Of a stretch of 64,000 bases of DNA, positions 36,507-47,466 are shown in pieces; within the stretch, counting starts at the first letter, position 1; each line of letters begins with the position of its first letter. Position numbers and translations under genes: made by a program. The DNA is taken from positions 1 to 64,000 of the IMG/VR virus record IMGVR_UViG_3300009194_000004; one strand, given 5' to 3'. A model generated the notes under the pieces. The model did not search any database. It was not told where the DNA came from and saw only the letters and a program-made list of their open reading frames with translations. Source of the DNA: an uncultured virus (IMG/VR IMGVR_UViG_3300009194_000004). Its lineage: Duplodnaviria > Heunggongvirae > Uroviricota > Caudoviricetes.

Positions 36507-37547
36507 TCAGTCTCGTGGAATCGTGCTATTGCGAATGATGTTGTCGCGTTCGTCTTCGTACACGTGTTTAAACACCCACCATTCGAGTTCCATGGTCATC
36601 TCGTTAATCCGGGGATACGCGTGGTAATTGAAGAACTCTTTCTCAAACGGGGAGAGCTTGTGCATCTTTTCCTCTCGGAGCTCTTCTCGCATGTTTGGGT
36701 TGCGCATTTCACCCAAGGTGTTGAACTCGTAAATCAAAATGTGATCGTAATAGGTGAAGCCCATGCATTGGAAGGACATGGAAATCTGATCGTTCACGGT
36801 GGTAAACGGTGACTCCGCCCCATCCCCTTCGAAGTTGAAGATGTTACCGATGGGGGCCACCACGGGGAACGACGCACCGGTGGCACCGATGCGTGTCACG
36901 TACGTTCGCGATTTGTCCATGATCAAACGGTAGATCCGGGTCTGGTAATCGATCTCATTGTTCATGACCATTTCCGGGTAGGGCATGATCCGACCTTCGT
37001 ACACCAGCCCCATATACCAACCCCACATCAAAAACATGAATGATATAGGGTCTCCCAAGATATTGCGGAAATTCGCTTGCAGGCTATACACCTCGTAGTT
37101 GTAAGGAACATCGTCAATGTACGAGTAGGATTCCCGGTACAAACCTGGCGCCGTGCTCTGAGTTTGCAGGGTAAAATCCGGCCAGCCGGACAGCGACACC
37201 AAGTTGTTGGACAACAGTGGAATGAATGGATTCATGTTATCCACGCCGGGGGATTCGATCCCTTCTTTCTCCAACCACGGGTCCAGGTACAAACGGATCA
37301 TCCGTTGGACACTGTATCGGTTTTCCTGTAAGAGGTTTGACAGTACTCGGTCCACCACCAAGTTATCGTATGACATATTCATGGCAGGTCGAGTGAAGAA
37401 CGTGTACCCGTGGTTCTCGGTATTGCCTGGAATCGGGGCATTACGTCCGACAATGTTCAGACCGTAAAACGAATTGGATATGGACTGATCCATGGGCATC
37501 TGCCCAATGTTTCGAGTTATCCGCGATATGTAATCATCAACTGCCAT
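36507..37547 (-). CDS. Virion baseplate/tube-like protein (phiKZ gp88-like)
   Basis: GYTFFTRP.MN, FIPLLSN...SLSGWPD, IDYQTRIYR. Confidence 0.75.
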   Translation of the reverse strand: MAVDDYISRITRNIGQMPMDQSISNSFYGLNIVGRNAPIPGNTENHGYTFFTRPAMNMSYDNLVVDRVLSNLLQENRYSVQRMIRLYLDPWLEKEGIESPGVDNMNPFIPLLSNNLVSLSGWPDFTLQTQSTAPGLYRESYSYIDDVPYNYEVYSLQANFRNILGDPISFMFLMWGWYMGLVYEGRIMPYPEMVMNNEIDYQTRIYRLIMDKSRTYVTRIGATGASFPVVAPIGNIFNFEGDGAESPFTTVNDQISMSFQCMGFTYYDHILIYEFNTLGEMRNPNMREELREEKMHKLSPFEKEFFNYHAYPRINEMTMELEWWVFKHVYEDERDNIIRNSTIPRD

Positions 37548-37583
37548 ACATGCTCCAGAAACTTTAGAAAAGGAAGTGTTACC

Positions 37584-38729
37584 ATGCCTATAATGACACC
37601 AGCTGCCGTCACTGCTGCAGTAACCGGTGCAGCAGTAAAACTCGGCAGTACGCTGCTGGGAAAACTTGCCAAAGCTGTGACTAAAGGACAGAAAGTATCA
37701 TCGCTGTCCGACCTGGCTCGTCCTGCGCGAGTCGAGCCTTTGGTGATCATTGACAAACCATTGGCCGAACAACCGTACATGGAAGACGTCATGAAGATGG
37801 CTCTCACCACGTTTGCAGGTTATTACATGCAGGCGGTGGCCATGGTACTGAACGTTGGACGTGTTGAAACACTGAAAGTTCTTGACTCGTTGAACCCCCA
37901 CCGCAGCCAGGGGGACCTCGGTGACGTGAAGAATGCGGTGTGGTCAAAAGAGAGTTACGCGCAGGGTCTTCCATCGATGGAATCGTTTAACCAGCCCATG
38001 GAAAAGAACTTGATCGTTTCTATGGAGGCCGGTGAGGTTGATCGTAGCGACCAGAGCCTGGCCGTAACCGACGAATCGGTTAAGAAACTGTACGAGGTAG
38101 AAAACCTGGCGGTTGGTAAATTGATCAACGTTGAACTCAAGGATGGTGAGAACCAAGCCAAAATGCCGATCCTGCTGCGTCTGATCCCCACGAAGGTGGC
38201 CCCGCAGGTATTGACTCATATCTTTACCGCAACCGCTAAAAATTCCACGTGGAAAGAACGCTATCACCTGTGGCGTGCCGGTCAAATCCGTCTGGTGCGG
38301 GACCTGATTTTCTCGGTTGATCTGATCGATGAGCATCGTAAGGCGTTGGTGAACGACACCAGCAACGTTTACATGACCATGAACGATCGTCGTCGCAACA
38401 ACAGCATGAAGGCGGCTTATACCGACGTGCCCAGCATGGCGGACGCTTCCAACATTGCGGTGATCTCCAAGGAAACCGCCAAGGACATTGGTCGGGCCAT
38501 GCACGGCAAGATCGAGAGCGCGAAGGTTCGGAAGAAACTGTTCGACGCATCTTACCTCATCCTGTTGGTCGTGGTTGACGAACAATGGGAACGGGTGACC
38601 GTGTACCATCGTGGCCTGGAGATGCCGACCGAAATGAGCTTCCGGGAAATCAAAGCTCAGGAAAAAGGCAAAGGTCCGGACATCACCGAGATCCTCAAAG
38701 CCTACCAGCTCGGCTCCACACCCATTTAA
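37584..38729 (+). CDS. Major inner head protein (phiKZ gp89-like)
   Basis: AAGGA SD then ATG 37584; SLSDL..ARVEP, NLAVGK, DLIDE; SME sites. Confidence 0.75.
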   Translation: MPIMTPAAVTAAVTGAAVKLGSTLLGKLAKAVTKGQKVSSLSDLARPARVEPLVIIDKPLAEQPYMEDVMKMALTTFAGYYMQAVAMVLNVGRVETLKVLDSLNPHRSQGDLGDVKNAVWSKESYAQGLPSMESFNQPMEKNLIVSMEAGEVDRSDQSLAVTDESVKKLYEVENLAVGKLINVELKDGENQAKMPILLRLIPTKVAPQVLTHIFTATAKNSTWKERYHLWRAGQIRLVRDLIFSVDLIDEHRKALVNDTSNVYMTMNDRRRNNSMKAAYTDVPSMADASNIAVISKETAKDIGRAMHGKIESAKVRKKLFDASYLILLVVVDEQWERVTVYHRGLEMPTEMSFREIKAQEKGKGPDITEILKAYQLGSTPI

Positions 38730-38795
38730 CTTCGAATGGTGGGCACGCCCCACCGTTCCTTTCATTTTTTGTCGCAACGTCGTGAGGTTTCCTTC

Positions 38796-39692
38796 ATGAA
38801 CATTTTGAACTATGTGCGGTCGCTGGCGCCAGTATACGAGCGCAAGGAACTGCTTTCCACGGTGAGCCAACTCCAGGAAGAACTTCGGGACTACACCCTG
38901 CCGGTAGCCCGAGACATCCAGGAAGTCTTTGCCGACCAAACCCTGAAGTCTCGTTACGCTGGGGAACTGACCAAGGCCCTGCGTAAGCGGATCATGTTTC
39001 AGGGCAATGGCATTGATATCCTGATCCAGTCGCTGGAGCAGTTGGACAACAACATCCCGCTGATCGAGAAAGAAATCAAACGTCTGTTCTCGTTCCAGTT
39101 CACGCCGGAGAAACTGACGTACAACCGCGCCAACCTGATGCGGTACATTGAGTCCGCCAGCTTCTACGTAAGGTACTTCCGCAAAATGTCCCTACGGTTG
39201 GTGGCCGAAGAAGCCCTGGCCCGTGGCAGTGCTACCCCGATGAGCTGGGCCCGTGCTGAGCGGGAGTGGTTGGACGAAGGCCTGCGCAGTTTTGTAGGTC
39301 TGTACAAGTCCATTGCCCAATCCGAAAGCAACCTCAAGCAAATGCTGGCGAAAACCTCCAGTGCTGAGATTGACGAAGAAACGCATGAAATGGCCGAGAA
39401 GTCCATTGGTCTGAGCAAACTCGACCCGATGAGCTTCAGTCAATTCGCACCGAATCGCAACCCACTGTTCTCCCTGGGCAAAGCCATGGCCGAGATGAAG
39501 GTCAAGCGGTTCCAGGCCAGTAAGGAAGAGCATCAGGCTCTGCAATTGCGCCTGCAAGAAATGCGGGAGATGGAACAGGAAGGTAAAACCAACCCGAAAC
39601 TCCAGAAGCTGATCAAGCACACCGAACAGCGGATCGAGCAGTTGGATTACCGGATCACCAAGATCGAAGAAGAAAACCAGATGGATTATTAA
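38796..39692 (+). CDS. Head protein (phiKZ gp90-like)
   Basis: GAGG SD then ATG 38796; NPLFSLG and a C-terminal coiled coil (NPKLQKLI). Confidence 0.75.
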   Translation: MNILNYVRSLAPVYERKELLSTVSQLQEELRDYTLPVARDIQEVFADQTLKSRYAGELTKALRKRIMFQGNGIDILIQSLEQLDNNIPLIEKEIKRLFSFQFTPEKLTYNRANLMRYIESASFYVRYFRKMSLRLVAEEALARGSATPMSWARAEREWLDEGLRSFVGLYKSIAQSESNLKQMLAKTSSAEIDEETHEMAEKSIGLSKLDPMSFSQFAPNRNPLFSLGKAMAEMKVKRFQASKEEHQALQLRLQEMREMEQEGKTNPKLQKLIKHTEQRIEQLDYRITKIEEENQMDY

Positions 39693-39702
39693 GGAGACCA
39701 CC

Positions 39703-40236
39703 ATGGCAATGCCAAATCGTGTGAAGGTCTTCCCACGAGGCTACAGCGGTGGTCAATCCACACGCCCGGACAAACACAAGAACCGTTCGGGCGATGAGGA
39801 AATCAACGCACTGTGGGAAAAGTACAACGAGCCGGTGAACCAGTCCACGGCTTGGTCGTTCCGCAAGCAGGTCATCCAGGCCGCGAAACGGTTGCTGGGC
39901 GGTCGCCCCAACTGGTTCATGGCACAGGATCACAACCCGCTGTTGTTTGAGTACAACTATCAGTTCGTCATCGACACCCTGCGGTTCATCGCTACCGGTA
40001 AACGTCGCGTCAGCATTCACGCGTGGCCCGACCTGGTAACGAACTACCCCGAGGGTGAACTCAGCGACGTCAGCACCCGGCATGACGTCGCGGACCTTTT
40101 TGAGTCCTACGCCATGTCCACGTCGGTGGATCGTTTGATTCAGTTGTGGTGTCAACGGCACGGCGGGTTCGACGACATGATATGTACCTTGTATATCCTC
40201 TTCGGGGATATCCCGTTGAAAATCGAAAACCGCTGA
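39703..40236 (+). CDS. Conserved protein (phiKZ gp91-like)
   Basis: AAGGAG SD; PRGY, WF..Q..NP, W....GF.D...TL..LFG. Confidence 0.7.
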   Translation: MAMPNRVKVFPRGYSGGQSTRPDKHKNRSGDEEINALWEKYNEPVNQSTAWSFRKQVIQAAKRLLGGRPNWFMAQDHNPLLFEYNYQFVIDTLRFIATGKRRVSIHAWPDLVTNYPEGELSDVSTRHDVADLFESYAMSTSVDRLIQLWCQRHGGFDDMICTLYILFGDIPLKIENR

Positions 40237-40277
40237 TCCGGTTATCCCTTTCTACCCAGCACATGGAGTAATAACAC

Positions 40278-41657
40278 ATGTCTAAAGCACATCTTAAAGA
40301 ATTCCTGGCTCAGTCCGGTGCCCTGAGCACAGGAATGGAAGAGTTCAGCGATGGCGAACAGAAACTGGACGTTGTGACTTCCAGCGAACCCAGTGTGGAT
40401 CACGAAGTCGCTGAAATGGTGGAGTCCAAGATCGAACAGGACGAAATCAGCCGCGACACCGATACCCTGGTTGAAGCTCAGGAATCCCTCGAAGCCTACA
40501 TGGACCTATTGTCCGAAGGCATGGAAAACGGTGGCATCTCTGCTCAGTCCGCCGCGTTCATGCGCTTGGGCATGGAGCGGTTCGAAGAAATGTTCGGTCT
40601 GGAGCAGCCCCTGACCCCGTCCGTGGAAGCCTTCGGCGGCAGCGCCTCTCAGATGCATTCTACGACCGTTTCCCTGGAAGCCCTGTCTGACACACTGAAG
40701 AAGGGTTGGGAGGCGCTCAAGCGTGCCCTGAACGCTCTGATCAAAGCCGTGCAGGACGTTTACGCCAAAGCCACCAAGGCCAGCGCCAAACTCGAAGACC
40801 GCGCTTCCAAGATTCGCAGCGCCGCCAGTGGCCTGGCCGGTAAGAAGCCGTCCAGCGACACCATCGAAATCAAAGGCGCCAAGCGTCTGTTCGCCGACGG
40901 CGAGTGGGTTGGTGAGAACGTGGACCTGGTTCGCGGTCTGATGGAAATGATGTCCAAGAAGTACCCCGAAGCGGTACTGCGTTACGTCAACGACGTGGCC
41001 AACGCGGTGTCCAAGTTCGACCCCACCGCTGAGAACGCCGACGCTCAGATCCAAACCATCCTGGATTTGGACGGCGTGTTCAATCAGTTCCCGGGTAGCA
41101 ACATCCCATCCAACGACACCCGTTTCGGTGGCAAGGTTGACGCCAAGCGCACCAAGATCATGCCGGGTAACCAGGCCCTGTACATCGCTCGTCCCAACCT
41201 GACCGAGAAGGGTGACCTGGAAGGCCTGAAGAGCCTGAACGGCAAGCTGATCGTGGCGCTGATGGAAGCACCGGATGCGAAGAAAGCACCGGAGTCCTAC
41301 GAACTGAAAGTGGGCAAGCCCCTGGACCTGGTTCAGAGCGCCTCCAAGATCGCCTCCTGTGCGGCCCTCATCGGTAAGATGGGTAAAGACCGTGAGAAGA
41401 TCGACAAGGCCATTGACGAGCTGCTCAAAGCCGGCGATGCTCTGAAAGAGAAAGCCGACAAGGCCGAACTCAACGAAGAGCAGAAGAAGACTGTCAATGC
41501 CATGCTGCGCGGTCTGGTGGCGGTTCAGAAGCTCCTGGGTACTGGCCTGAACGGTGCGGTGTCTTACGGTGTCTCTACGCTCAACGCTCAGTTGACTGTG
41601 GTTGAACGTCAAATCGCGGCGTACGGTGAGAGCAAGTCCGACGACGACGGTGAGTAA
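40278..41657 (+). CDS. Abundant internal head protein (phiKZ gp93-like)
   Basis: Many S/G-x-E sites in an acidic propeptide (GME, SLE, SVE, VSLE|ALSD); PGNQAL motif; strong codon bias. Confidence 0.75.
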   Translation: MSKAHLKEFLAQSGALSTGMEEFSDGEQKLDVVTSSEPSVDHEVAEMVESKIEQDEISRDTDTLVEAQESLEAYMDLLSEGMENGGISAQSAAFMRLGMERFEEMFGLEQPLTPSVEAFGGSASQMHSTTVSLEALSDTLKKGWEALKRALNALIKAVQDVYAKATKASAKLEDRASKIRSAASGLAGKKPSSDTIEIKGAKRLFADGEWVGENVDLVRGLMEMMSKKYPEAVLRYVNDVANAVSKFDPTAENADAQIQTILDLDGVFNQFPGSNIPSNDTRFGGKVDAKRTKIMPGNQALYIARPNLTEKGDLEGLKSLNGKLIVALMEAPDAKKAPESYELKVGKPLDLVQSASKIASCAALIGKMGKDREKIDKAIDELLKAGDALKEKADKAELNEEQKKTVNAMLRGLVAVQKLLGTGLNGAVSYGVSTLNAQLTVVERQIAAYGESKSDDDGE

Positions 41658-41678
41658 ACACCTTTCGACCATCACACA

Positions 41679-41708
41679 AAAGGAGCCCTTTGGGGCTCCT
41701 TTTATTTT
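41679..41708 (+). terminator. Intrinsic terminator
   Basis: AAAAGGAGCCC-tttg-GGGCTCCTTTT. Confidence 0.8.
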
Positions 41709-41719
41709 GGAGTACGATC

Positions 41720-42883
41720 ATGGGTAGACTTAAAGAATTCTTCCATGACCAGATCGAAACCGAGGTTGAGGCCGGGGATGCACCGCAGACCGAACCTGAA
41801 TGGCTGGCGGAACAGTTGGAAGGGGATACCGACGAGGTCCAAAAAGCGTTGATGTTGATGGACGGTACTGAAACCTTCTCGATACCGGAACCGGACATGG
41901 ACGAGGGCTACCTACTTCCACGTGTGTCAACGGAAGGGTTTGGGGAACGCTTGGATCAGATCTGGCGAACCATTCAGCGGTTCATTCGGTACTTGGTGGA
42001 ATCTTTCACCAACGATAACAAGGCTGCATTGGTGGCTTGTCGCGTACTGTCCTTCCAAGCGGAAAACCTGAAGATGGAAGCCCGGGGGGCGTTGATGAAA
42101 CCCAGACGCAAAAACGATCGTTTGGTGATTCAGTCCCACATCACGGCACTGTCGGTCTTTTATCGTCCACCGGGTAAAATCGGTGACATCATTGCCGGTA
42201 TGAAAACGTTGGAGTCCATACTGAACGATTACTACAGTTACGTGGACCGTACCCTGACCCCCGGACTGGGACGCATCACCACCATGGTGCGCAGCATTGA
42301 CCCAACCGCCGAAAGCTTCCAAGAGGACGCCCTGCGGATCGGTCAGGAACTTCAACGACTGTCGCCGACCACGGTACTGAATCGGTACATGGAAGGCAAC
42401 AACCCGAAAAACCTATTGGGTCCGCACATTCTGGGGAACCAACGGTTAGCGGGTGTGGGGGTGCCCAACAACCCAACGTTGAATGAGATCACACAGAGTC
42501 GTCTGACGCTGCGTCATTCGGAGCTCACCCCACGTCGGATGCCGAATCAGATCTACTTGCCCCGGTTTAACATGCTGAACACGGATCAGTGCATCGATCA
42601 GGTTCTGCGTATGACCAAAACGATCAAGGCAACCCTGGAGGGTAGTGCCGCCGCCAAACGCGAACGGGCATTGAGCGACCTGACCACGGCGGTGAATCGG
42701 TTTGTCGAACGGGCAGGTGAGTTGGAAGACGGTCAACGGCAGGAGAAAGAAGACGCTCAGGCCATTGCTCAGATGGTTCGGGTGGCCGGTCAGTGGATGC
42801 ATAACCCCTACCACGGTTTAACAACGAACGCACTGCGCTCCATGCGCGGGGCAATCATGGTTTGTCGTAAAAACATTGAATGA
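41720..42883 (+). CDS. Internal head protein paralog
   Basis: GGAG SD then ATG 41720; VSTE|GFGERL..IW..I..F; LGNQRL. Confidence 0.7.
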   Translation: MGRLKEFFHDQIETEVEAGDAPQTEPEWLAEQLEGDTDEVQKALMLMDGTETFSIPEPDMDEGYLLPRVSTEGFGERLDQIWRTIQRFIRYLVESFTNDNKAALVACRVLSFQAENLKMEARGALMKPRRKNDRLVIQSHITALSVFYRPPGKIGDIIAGMKTLESILNDYYSYVDRTLTPGLGRITTMVRSIDPTAESFQEDALRIGQELQRLSPTTVLNRYMEGNNPKNLLGPHILGNQRLAGVGVPNNPTLNEITQSRLTLRHSELTPRRMPNQIYLPRFNMLNTDQCIDQVLRMTKTIKATLEGSAAAKRERALSDLTTAVNRFVERAGELEDGQRQEKEDAQAIAQMVRVAGQWMHNPYHGLTTNALRSMRGAIMVCRKNIE

Positions 42884-42897
42884 GGAGTAACCTTGCC

Positions 42898-44211
42898 ATG
42901 CGGCATTTGAAACATATTTTGGGAATGGAAGGGATTGACACGGTGTCCGACGAGCCGGTGAGTCCCGAACAGGAAGCCGAAGCGGAAGCGGTGCTGGAGG
43001 AAGAGCACCTGCAAGATGACGCGGACTACCAGAAACAGCAGGCCGAGTTTGACGACAGTCAGGCCGCTCGGGAAGAAGCGGAAGCGCTGGAAGATTTCTG
43101 TGGCATTCTGGGTCACGGTTTGGAAACACAAGACTATCAGCCACAGCTGGCCGCTGCGGTCAACGCCTACGCCCGCCGGTATGGGAACCTAGGATTGGAA
43201 GGCAGTGACCAACTGTCTCTGGAACATTACGATCCGGCCGATCTGGAGCAGTTCTACACGGTGTCCCAGGAGTTCTTTGGGAAGGTGTGGCAGAAGATGA
43301 AGAAAGGGTTCAAAGACCGTTTCGAGCTGTCGGTGTCGAATTACCGGGAAGCCGATCGGGACGACCGTCGTCAAGCACGTGCCCGTGCGATGAAAACCAA
43401 AGCCACGGCGTTGCAGCAGCGCCTGAACGAATTGCCGAACGGTAAGGTCACCATCGAACTGGGCGATGCTTTCCGGGTGTTTACGTCTCAAGGTTCCTTG
43501 GTCAAGAACATGGACAAGGCCCTGGAACGCGACGCCAAATCTGTGGAGTTCATTCTTCGCAATTACGTGCCGTCCACTTTGAAGTGGTTGGAAGGCATGC
43601 GGGCAGTGTCGGTTCAGGCGCTGGGCGCAGCATCGATCTCCAGTGACGGCAGCATTGGTCAGGCCAAAGAAGAAGTGGAGAAGTTCTTCAAGAACCGTCC
43701 GTACCCAGGCACGTTACTCACCCGCGAACTCCTCGACGGTAGCGGCTTTGTCAACAACGAGCGTATGCGTTACGATCCGGAGCCTCGCCGTGGGTCGGAT
43801 ACCGCTGACATCATCAACAGTCAGGTTAACACTATCCCGCCGTACATGGGCGACTGCGCAGTCAAGGCGCCGAAGAAAGGAACCGTCACGGTCACTAAGG
43901 CGGAACTGTCGGGCATGTTGAAAGTGATCCACCAGTACGCCAAGCTGTTGTCCCTGTCCAGCTCCGAGACCCGGGGTGTGATGAAGAACCTGCAGGCGGA
44001 TGTCAAGCTCCATTACCCGGAAGGTCAGAACGCACCTTGGATGGGTGCCGATCAGTACGTGGTTGAACGTCTGTTGAGTCTGCTCATGTTTGCGCCAGAG
44101 TTCATCGATTACGCCATGACAGGCACCTATCGCCACATCGGTAAAGTCACCGATGGGGTCTTCTGTGCGGTCGAATGTGCGTTGGCGCAAGTCAACTCCG
44201 ACGAAGAGTAA
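42898..44211 (+). CDS. Internal head protein paralog
   Basis: GAGGAG SD; ALEDF..IL.HGLE..Y.PQ.AA.V propeptide shared with 44305..45666. Confidence 0.7.
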   Translation: MRHLKHILGMEGIDTVSDEPVSPEQEAEAEAVLEEEHLQDDADYQKQQAEFDDSQAAREEAEALEDFCGILGHGLETQDYQPQLAAAVNAYARRYGNLGLEGSDQLSLEHYDPADLEQFYTVSQEFFGKVWQKMKKGFKDRFELSVSNYREADRDDRRQARARAMKTKATALQQRLNELPNGKVTIELGDAFRVFTSQGSLVKNMDKALERDAKSVEFILRNYVPSTLKWLEGMRAVSVQALGAASISSDGSIGQAKEEVEKFFKNRPYPGTLLTRELLDGSGFVNNERMRYDPEPRRGSDTADIINSQVNTIPPYMGDCAVKAPKKGTVTVTKAELSGMLKVIHQYAKLLSLSSSETRGVMKNLQADVKLHYPEGQNAPWMGADQYVVERLLSLLMFAPEFIDYAMTGTYRHIGKVTDGVFCAVECALAQVNSDEE

Positions 44212-44304
44212 TCCCAACAACCCGGAAACAGTGCTTTACACTATGAGCAGAAATTCCGGGTTTTTGCTGCCCTTTAACAATCACGTGATTTTGGAGTAAC
44301 ACTC

Positions 44305-45666
44305 ATGAGTCTACTGAAACAATACCTGTCCATGGAACAGCACAGCGAAGCGCCGGCGGACAGCGAAGACCAGCCCATCGAAGTTCCTGAAGTGGAGCCG
44401 GTGACTGAAGAAGAAGAGTACGAGGCGGAAGAAGTGCTCGAAGAAGTCGAACATGATCAGCGTACTGAAGATCATGAAAGCAGTCGTCGTGAAGCGTTCA
44501 TTGAGGAAGCCGAAGAGGCAATGGAATCTCTGGAAAACTTCCACGACATTCTGAGTCATGGTCTGGAGAACAACCAGTATTCCCCGCAATTTGCGGCCGT
44601 GGTCAGTTCTTCTTTGGAAAGCTACAAGGATGTTCTGGGCCTTGAACATTTTGAACTCGGTCTGGAAAACTACAACAGTGGTAACTTGGAAGAGTTTTAC
44701 ACCGTGGCGCTGGAAGCAACCACCGAAGCGGCGTACCGCATCGGCCATGCCCCCGAGCAGATTATCAGTGCGCTGGTCGACAAGTTCATGGGCGACAAGG
44801 CCATCAACAAACGCCGGAACGCTGCCAAAGCGATCAACAAGAAAGCTGACGCGGTCTTGGAGAAACTGTCCGGCGCCGGTTCTTCTGAGACAGTAACTAT
44901 CTCAATCAAAGGGGTTAATAAGAAATTGTCTCAAGGCGGTTCCTTCCCCGGGAACCTGGTCAACGCAGTTAAGCAAGACCAGAAGTCCGTTGAATTCCTC
45001 CTGGGTAAGTATGCACCCGCCTCCATTACTCGCCAGCAGGAAATCGTCAAAGCGATGATGGAAGGGGTTAAAGACATCCGTTCCAAGAAGGGCGAAGAAG
45101 CATCCAAGCGCGCGTCGAAATTTGCAACCGAACCAACTCCTGAGTCGAAGATCCCGGCTGGTATTAAGGACGGTTCCACATTGTTGGGTGGCGTCAAGCT
45201 TGCAGTTCCGTCGGTCGAGAAAGGCGAAGATACCGCTGCGACACTTCTTGCCGAAGCCAAAGCAGGCAAGATCAAGTTTGAAAGCATCGGTAAGGTCGGC
45301 GATCTCCCTACGGAAGTTGAGCTGAAGGTGAGTGAAGTCCGGACCCTCCTCACTACCGCCAAGGCGTACGCGGTTATTATTGAGAAATCCGGAGATGATC
45401 TCGGTGCGAAACTGAAATCTGGTGTTAAAGCCAGCTCCATGCAAAAGCGCTACACCAAGCATGAGGGTGACTGGTTCGTCAAGGTGTTCCGTAAGAACAA
45501 GGACATCCAGGCACTCCGTAAACTATCGATCAGCTACGGCAAGGTCGGCATCGGTGTGGCTAACGAGACGTTCGGTCACGCACATGACGTGGCCAAGTCA
45601 CTCATCAAAATTGGTGAACGGGCTGCCAAGAAAGCGGGTAAGAAAGAAGAGAAGTCTGAAGATTAA
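44305..45666 (+). CDS. Internal head protein paralog
   Basis: SME, SLE, GLE and ALE sites; TATG motif upstream; terminator at 45691-45712. Confidence 0.7.
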   Translation: MSLLKQYLSMEQHSEAPADSEDQPIEVPEVEPVTEEEEYEAEEVLEEVEHDQRTEDHESSRREAFIEEAEEAMESLENFHDILSHGLENNQYSPQFAAVVSSSLESYKDVLGLEHFELGLENYNSGNLEEFYTVALEATTEAAYRIGHAPEQIISALVDKFMGDKAINKRRNAAKAINKKADAVLEKLSGAGSSETVTISIKGVNKKLSQGGSFPGNLVNAVKQDQKSVEFLLGKYAPASITRQQEIVKAMMEGVKDIRSKKGEEASKRASKFATEPTPESKIPAGIKDGSTLLGGVKLAVPSVEKGEDTAATLLAEAKAGKIKFESIGKVGDLPTEVELKVSEVRTLLTTAKAYAVIIEKSGDDLGAKLKSGVKASSMQKRYTKHEGDWFVKVFRKNKDIQALRKLSISYGKVGIGVANETFGHAHDVAKSLIKIGERAAKKAGKKEEKSED

Positions 45667-45765
45667 TCGACTTTCTTGAACGCTGATTAGAGGGCGCCTT
45701 CGGGCGCCCTTTATGACGCGTCTGGCCGATGGTATGATTAAACTCACCAGCCAATGAGGTGGCCC

Positions 45766-47460
45766 ATGCCCCACGCATTGATCGCAATCCCAGACGTGTA
45801 CGAATCGGTCACCCGGCGGGTGGCGGTCGCCGTCACCGAACAACTCGCACGCATTATGCGCCTTCCTGGGGAGACTCAGGTTTATTTACCCGGCAACACC
45901 GAATCGGTTCCGATGAACGGCGGTAGCTTTGGGAACTGCACCGACACGGGGGTTCGTTTCCCAGCCGAATCGCGACTGGTGGTTCGGTTTAATGAAGAGG
46001 TGGACGAAAACACCACGCTCTTGACGCAAGTGAACAAACCCGAGTACCCGCCCCTGTTTCACGACCAAGAACGAGACATTGTGTTCCGACCGGTGTATCG
46101 GTACGTGTCGCTGATCGTGTCATTGGAGTACAACGCCCCGAACGTGACGTTGGCTCAGCGGTGGGTGGATGAGATGCGTTCCCGGATCTCCATGGGACGC
46201 GCTGAGCTCTATCAGGACCTCGAATACCACTACGCCTTCCCAGTCCCCGTCTTGCACCTGTTATCCCACCTACACGAGACGAGAGAGACGTCTGAGGTAC
46301 CCACCGGACAATCGTTCGAGGATTACCTTAAAGAACACCTGATGGTGCCCACGACCGTGGCGGACACACTGACCAATACCTCGCCGACTCGGGTGGTTCA
46401 GGAACACCAGCACGAAGTGTTGGGGTGGTTCGATTTCACCACCACTCCACCAACGCCTGAAGCGCAAGAACAGGGAAACTACCAAAGCACGATCACCTAC
46501 ACCTTACAGTACAACCGTCCCATGCAGGTGTACTGCCGATGGCCCATGCTGGTACACAACAAGGCCATCGGGAAAAAGTACCGCCCGGAAGTGCCGTACC
46601 AAACGTTCCGTCGGTTGGATCGGAAAGTCAGTACCACCAAAGGCAGTTTCGATGGCCTGCTGGACTTGATTCGTCGAGACAACATTCCGTACATTCAGTA
46701 TCCGGAAATCGATGACTGGGTGCCGGCAACCCAACCCAAGGGCCGACTGACGTTCTTTACCGGGCTGCTGCAATTGAAGAAGAAAGACCGGACGACGTTG
46801 TTGGATTTGTCCAACATGGGGAACATGGCGTTCACGCCGTACTTCCTGGAGTACTTCTACCACATGGGCGATCGCCTGTTCGAGCGGAATCAGGTGTTTG
46901 AGTTCCGACTGTACGAAAACCACCGCTGGCGGACCGACGTTCAACTGAAGATGAAACCCGGCACGGTTACAATTGAAACCGACCGACCGCTGGACTTGGA
47001 AAAGTATTACCACATCCAGATCTCCATTGTAAGAAATTGGCTGCTATTGCCGTACGAAAACATCGAACATCTGAGAAGATACCCTACTGTCCTGTACAAT
47101 ACGTTGAAGGCACTTGGGGTTCCATTGGCGAATCGGGAGTATGACAAACTCCCGGTGGTCGGCAGTGGGTCCAAGCGGTATGACAACCCCGACTACCCTG
47201 GCGAAGGCACCACCCTGAAAGACCCGTCCGAAGGGGGTGAATGGCCATGGCCGTGGCTGAACACTGAGTGGGGTGAGATTCCGTGGGAAGGTGGTGACTG
47301 GGAAAGCCCATACCACACCGGGGTCGTCAAGACCAACGACCTGCGTGATGCGGTTGAGTTGACCGATAACCGGGCGGGTGAACCGATCGACCGGGAGCGT
47401 ATTGGCCCACTGACGGTTCTCTACGGTGAGATACTGGCATTAAAAGCGAACAAGAGGTAA
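45766..47460 (+). CDS. Virion structural protein (phiKZ gp98-like)
   Basis: GAGGT SD then ATG 45766; V.GWFDF, Y.RP....WP.LVHN; synteny. Confidence 0.7.
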   Translation: MPHALIAIPDVYESVTRRVAVAVTEQLARIMRLPGETQVYLPGNTESVPMNGGSFGNCTDTGVRFPAESRLVVRFNEEVDENTTLLTQVNKPEYPPLFHDQERDIVFRPVYRYVSLIVSLEYNAPNVTLAQRWVDEMRSRISMGRAELYQDLEYHYAFPVPVLHLLSHLHETRETSEVPTGQSFEDYLKEHLMVPTTVADTLTNTSPTRVVQEHQHEVLGWFDFTTTPPTPEAQEQGNYQSTITYTLQYNRPMQVYCRWPMLVHNKAIGKKYRPEVPYQTFRRLDRKVSTTKGSFDGLLDLIRRDNIPYIQYPEIDDWVPATQPKGRLTFFTGLLQLKKKDRTTLLDLSNMGNMAFTPYFLEYFYHMGDRLFERNQVFEFRLYENHRWRTDVQLKMKPGTVTIETDRPLDLEKYYHIQISIVRNWLLLPYENIEHLRRYPTVLYNTLKALGVPLANREYDKLPVVGSGSKRYDNPDYPGEGTTLKDPSEGGEWPWPWLNTEWGEIPWEGGDWESPYHTGVVKTNDLRDAVELTDNRAGEPIDRERIGPLTVLYGEILALKANKR

Positions 47461-47466
47461 TGACCC

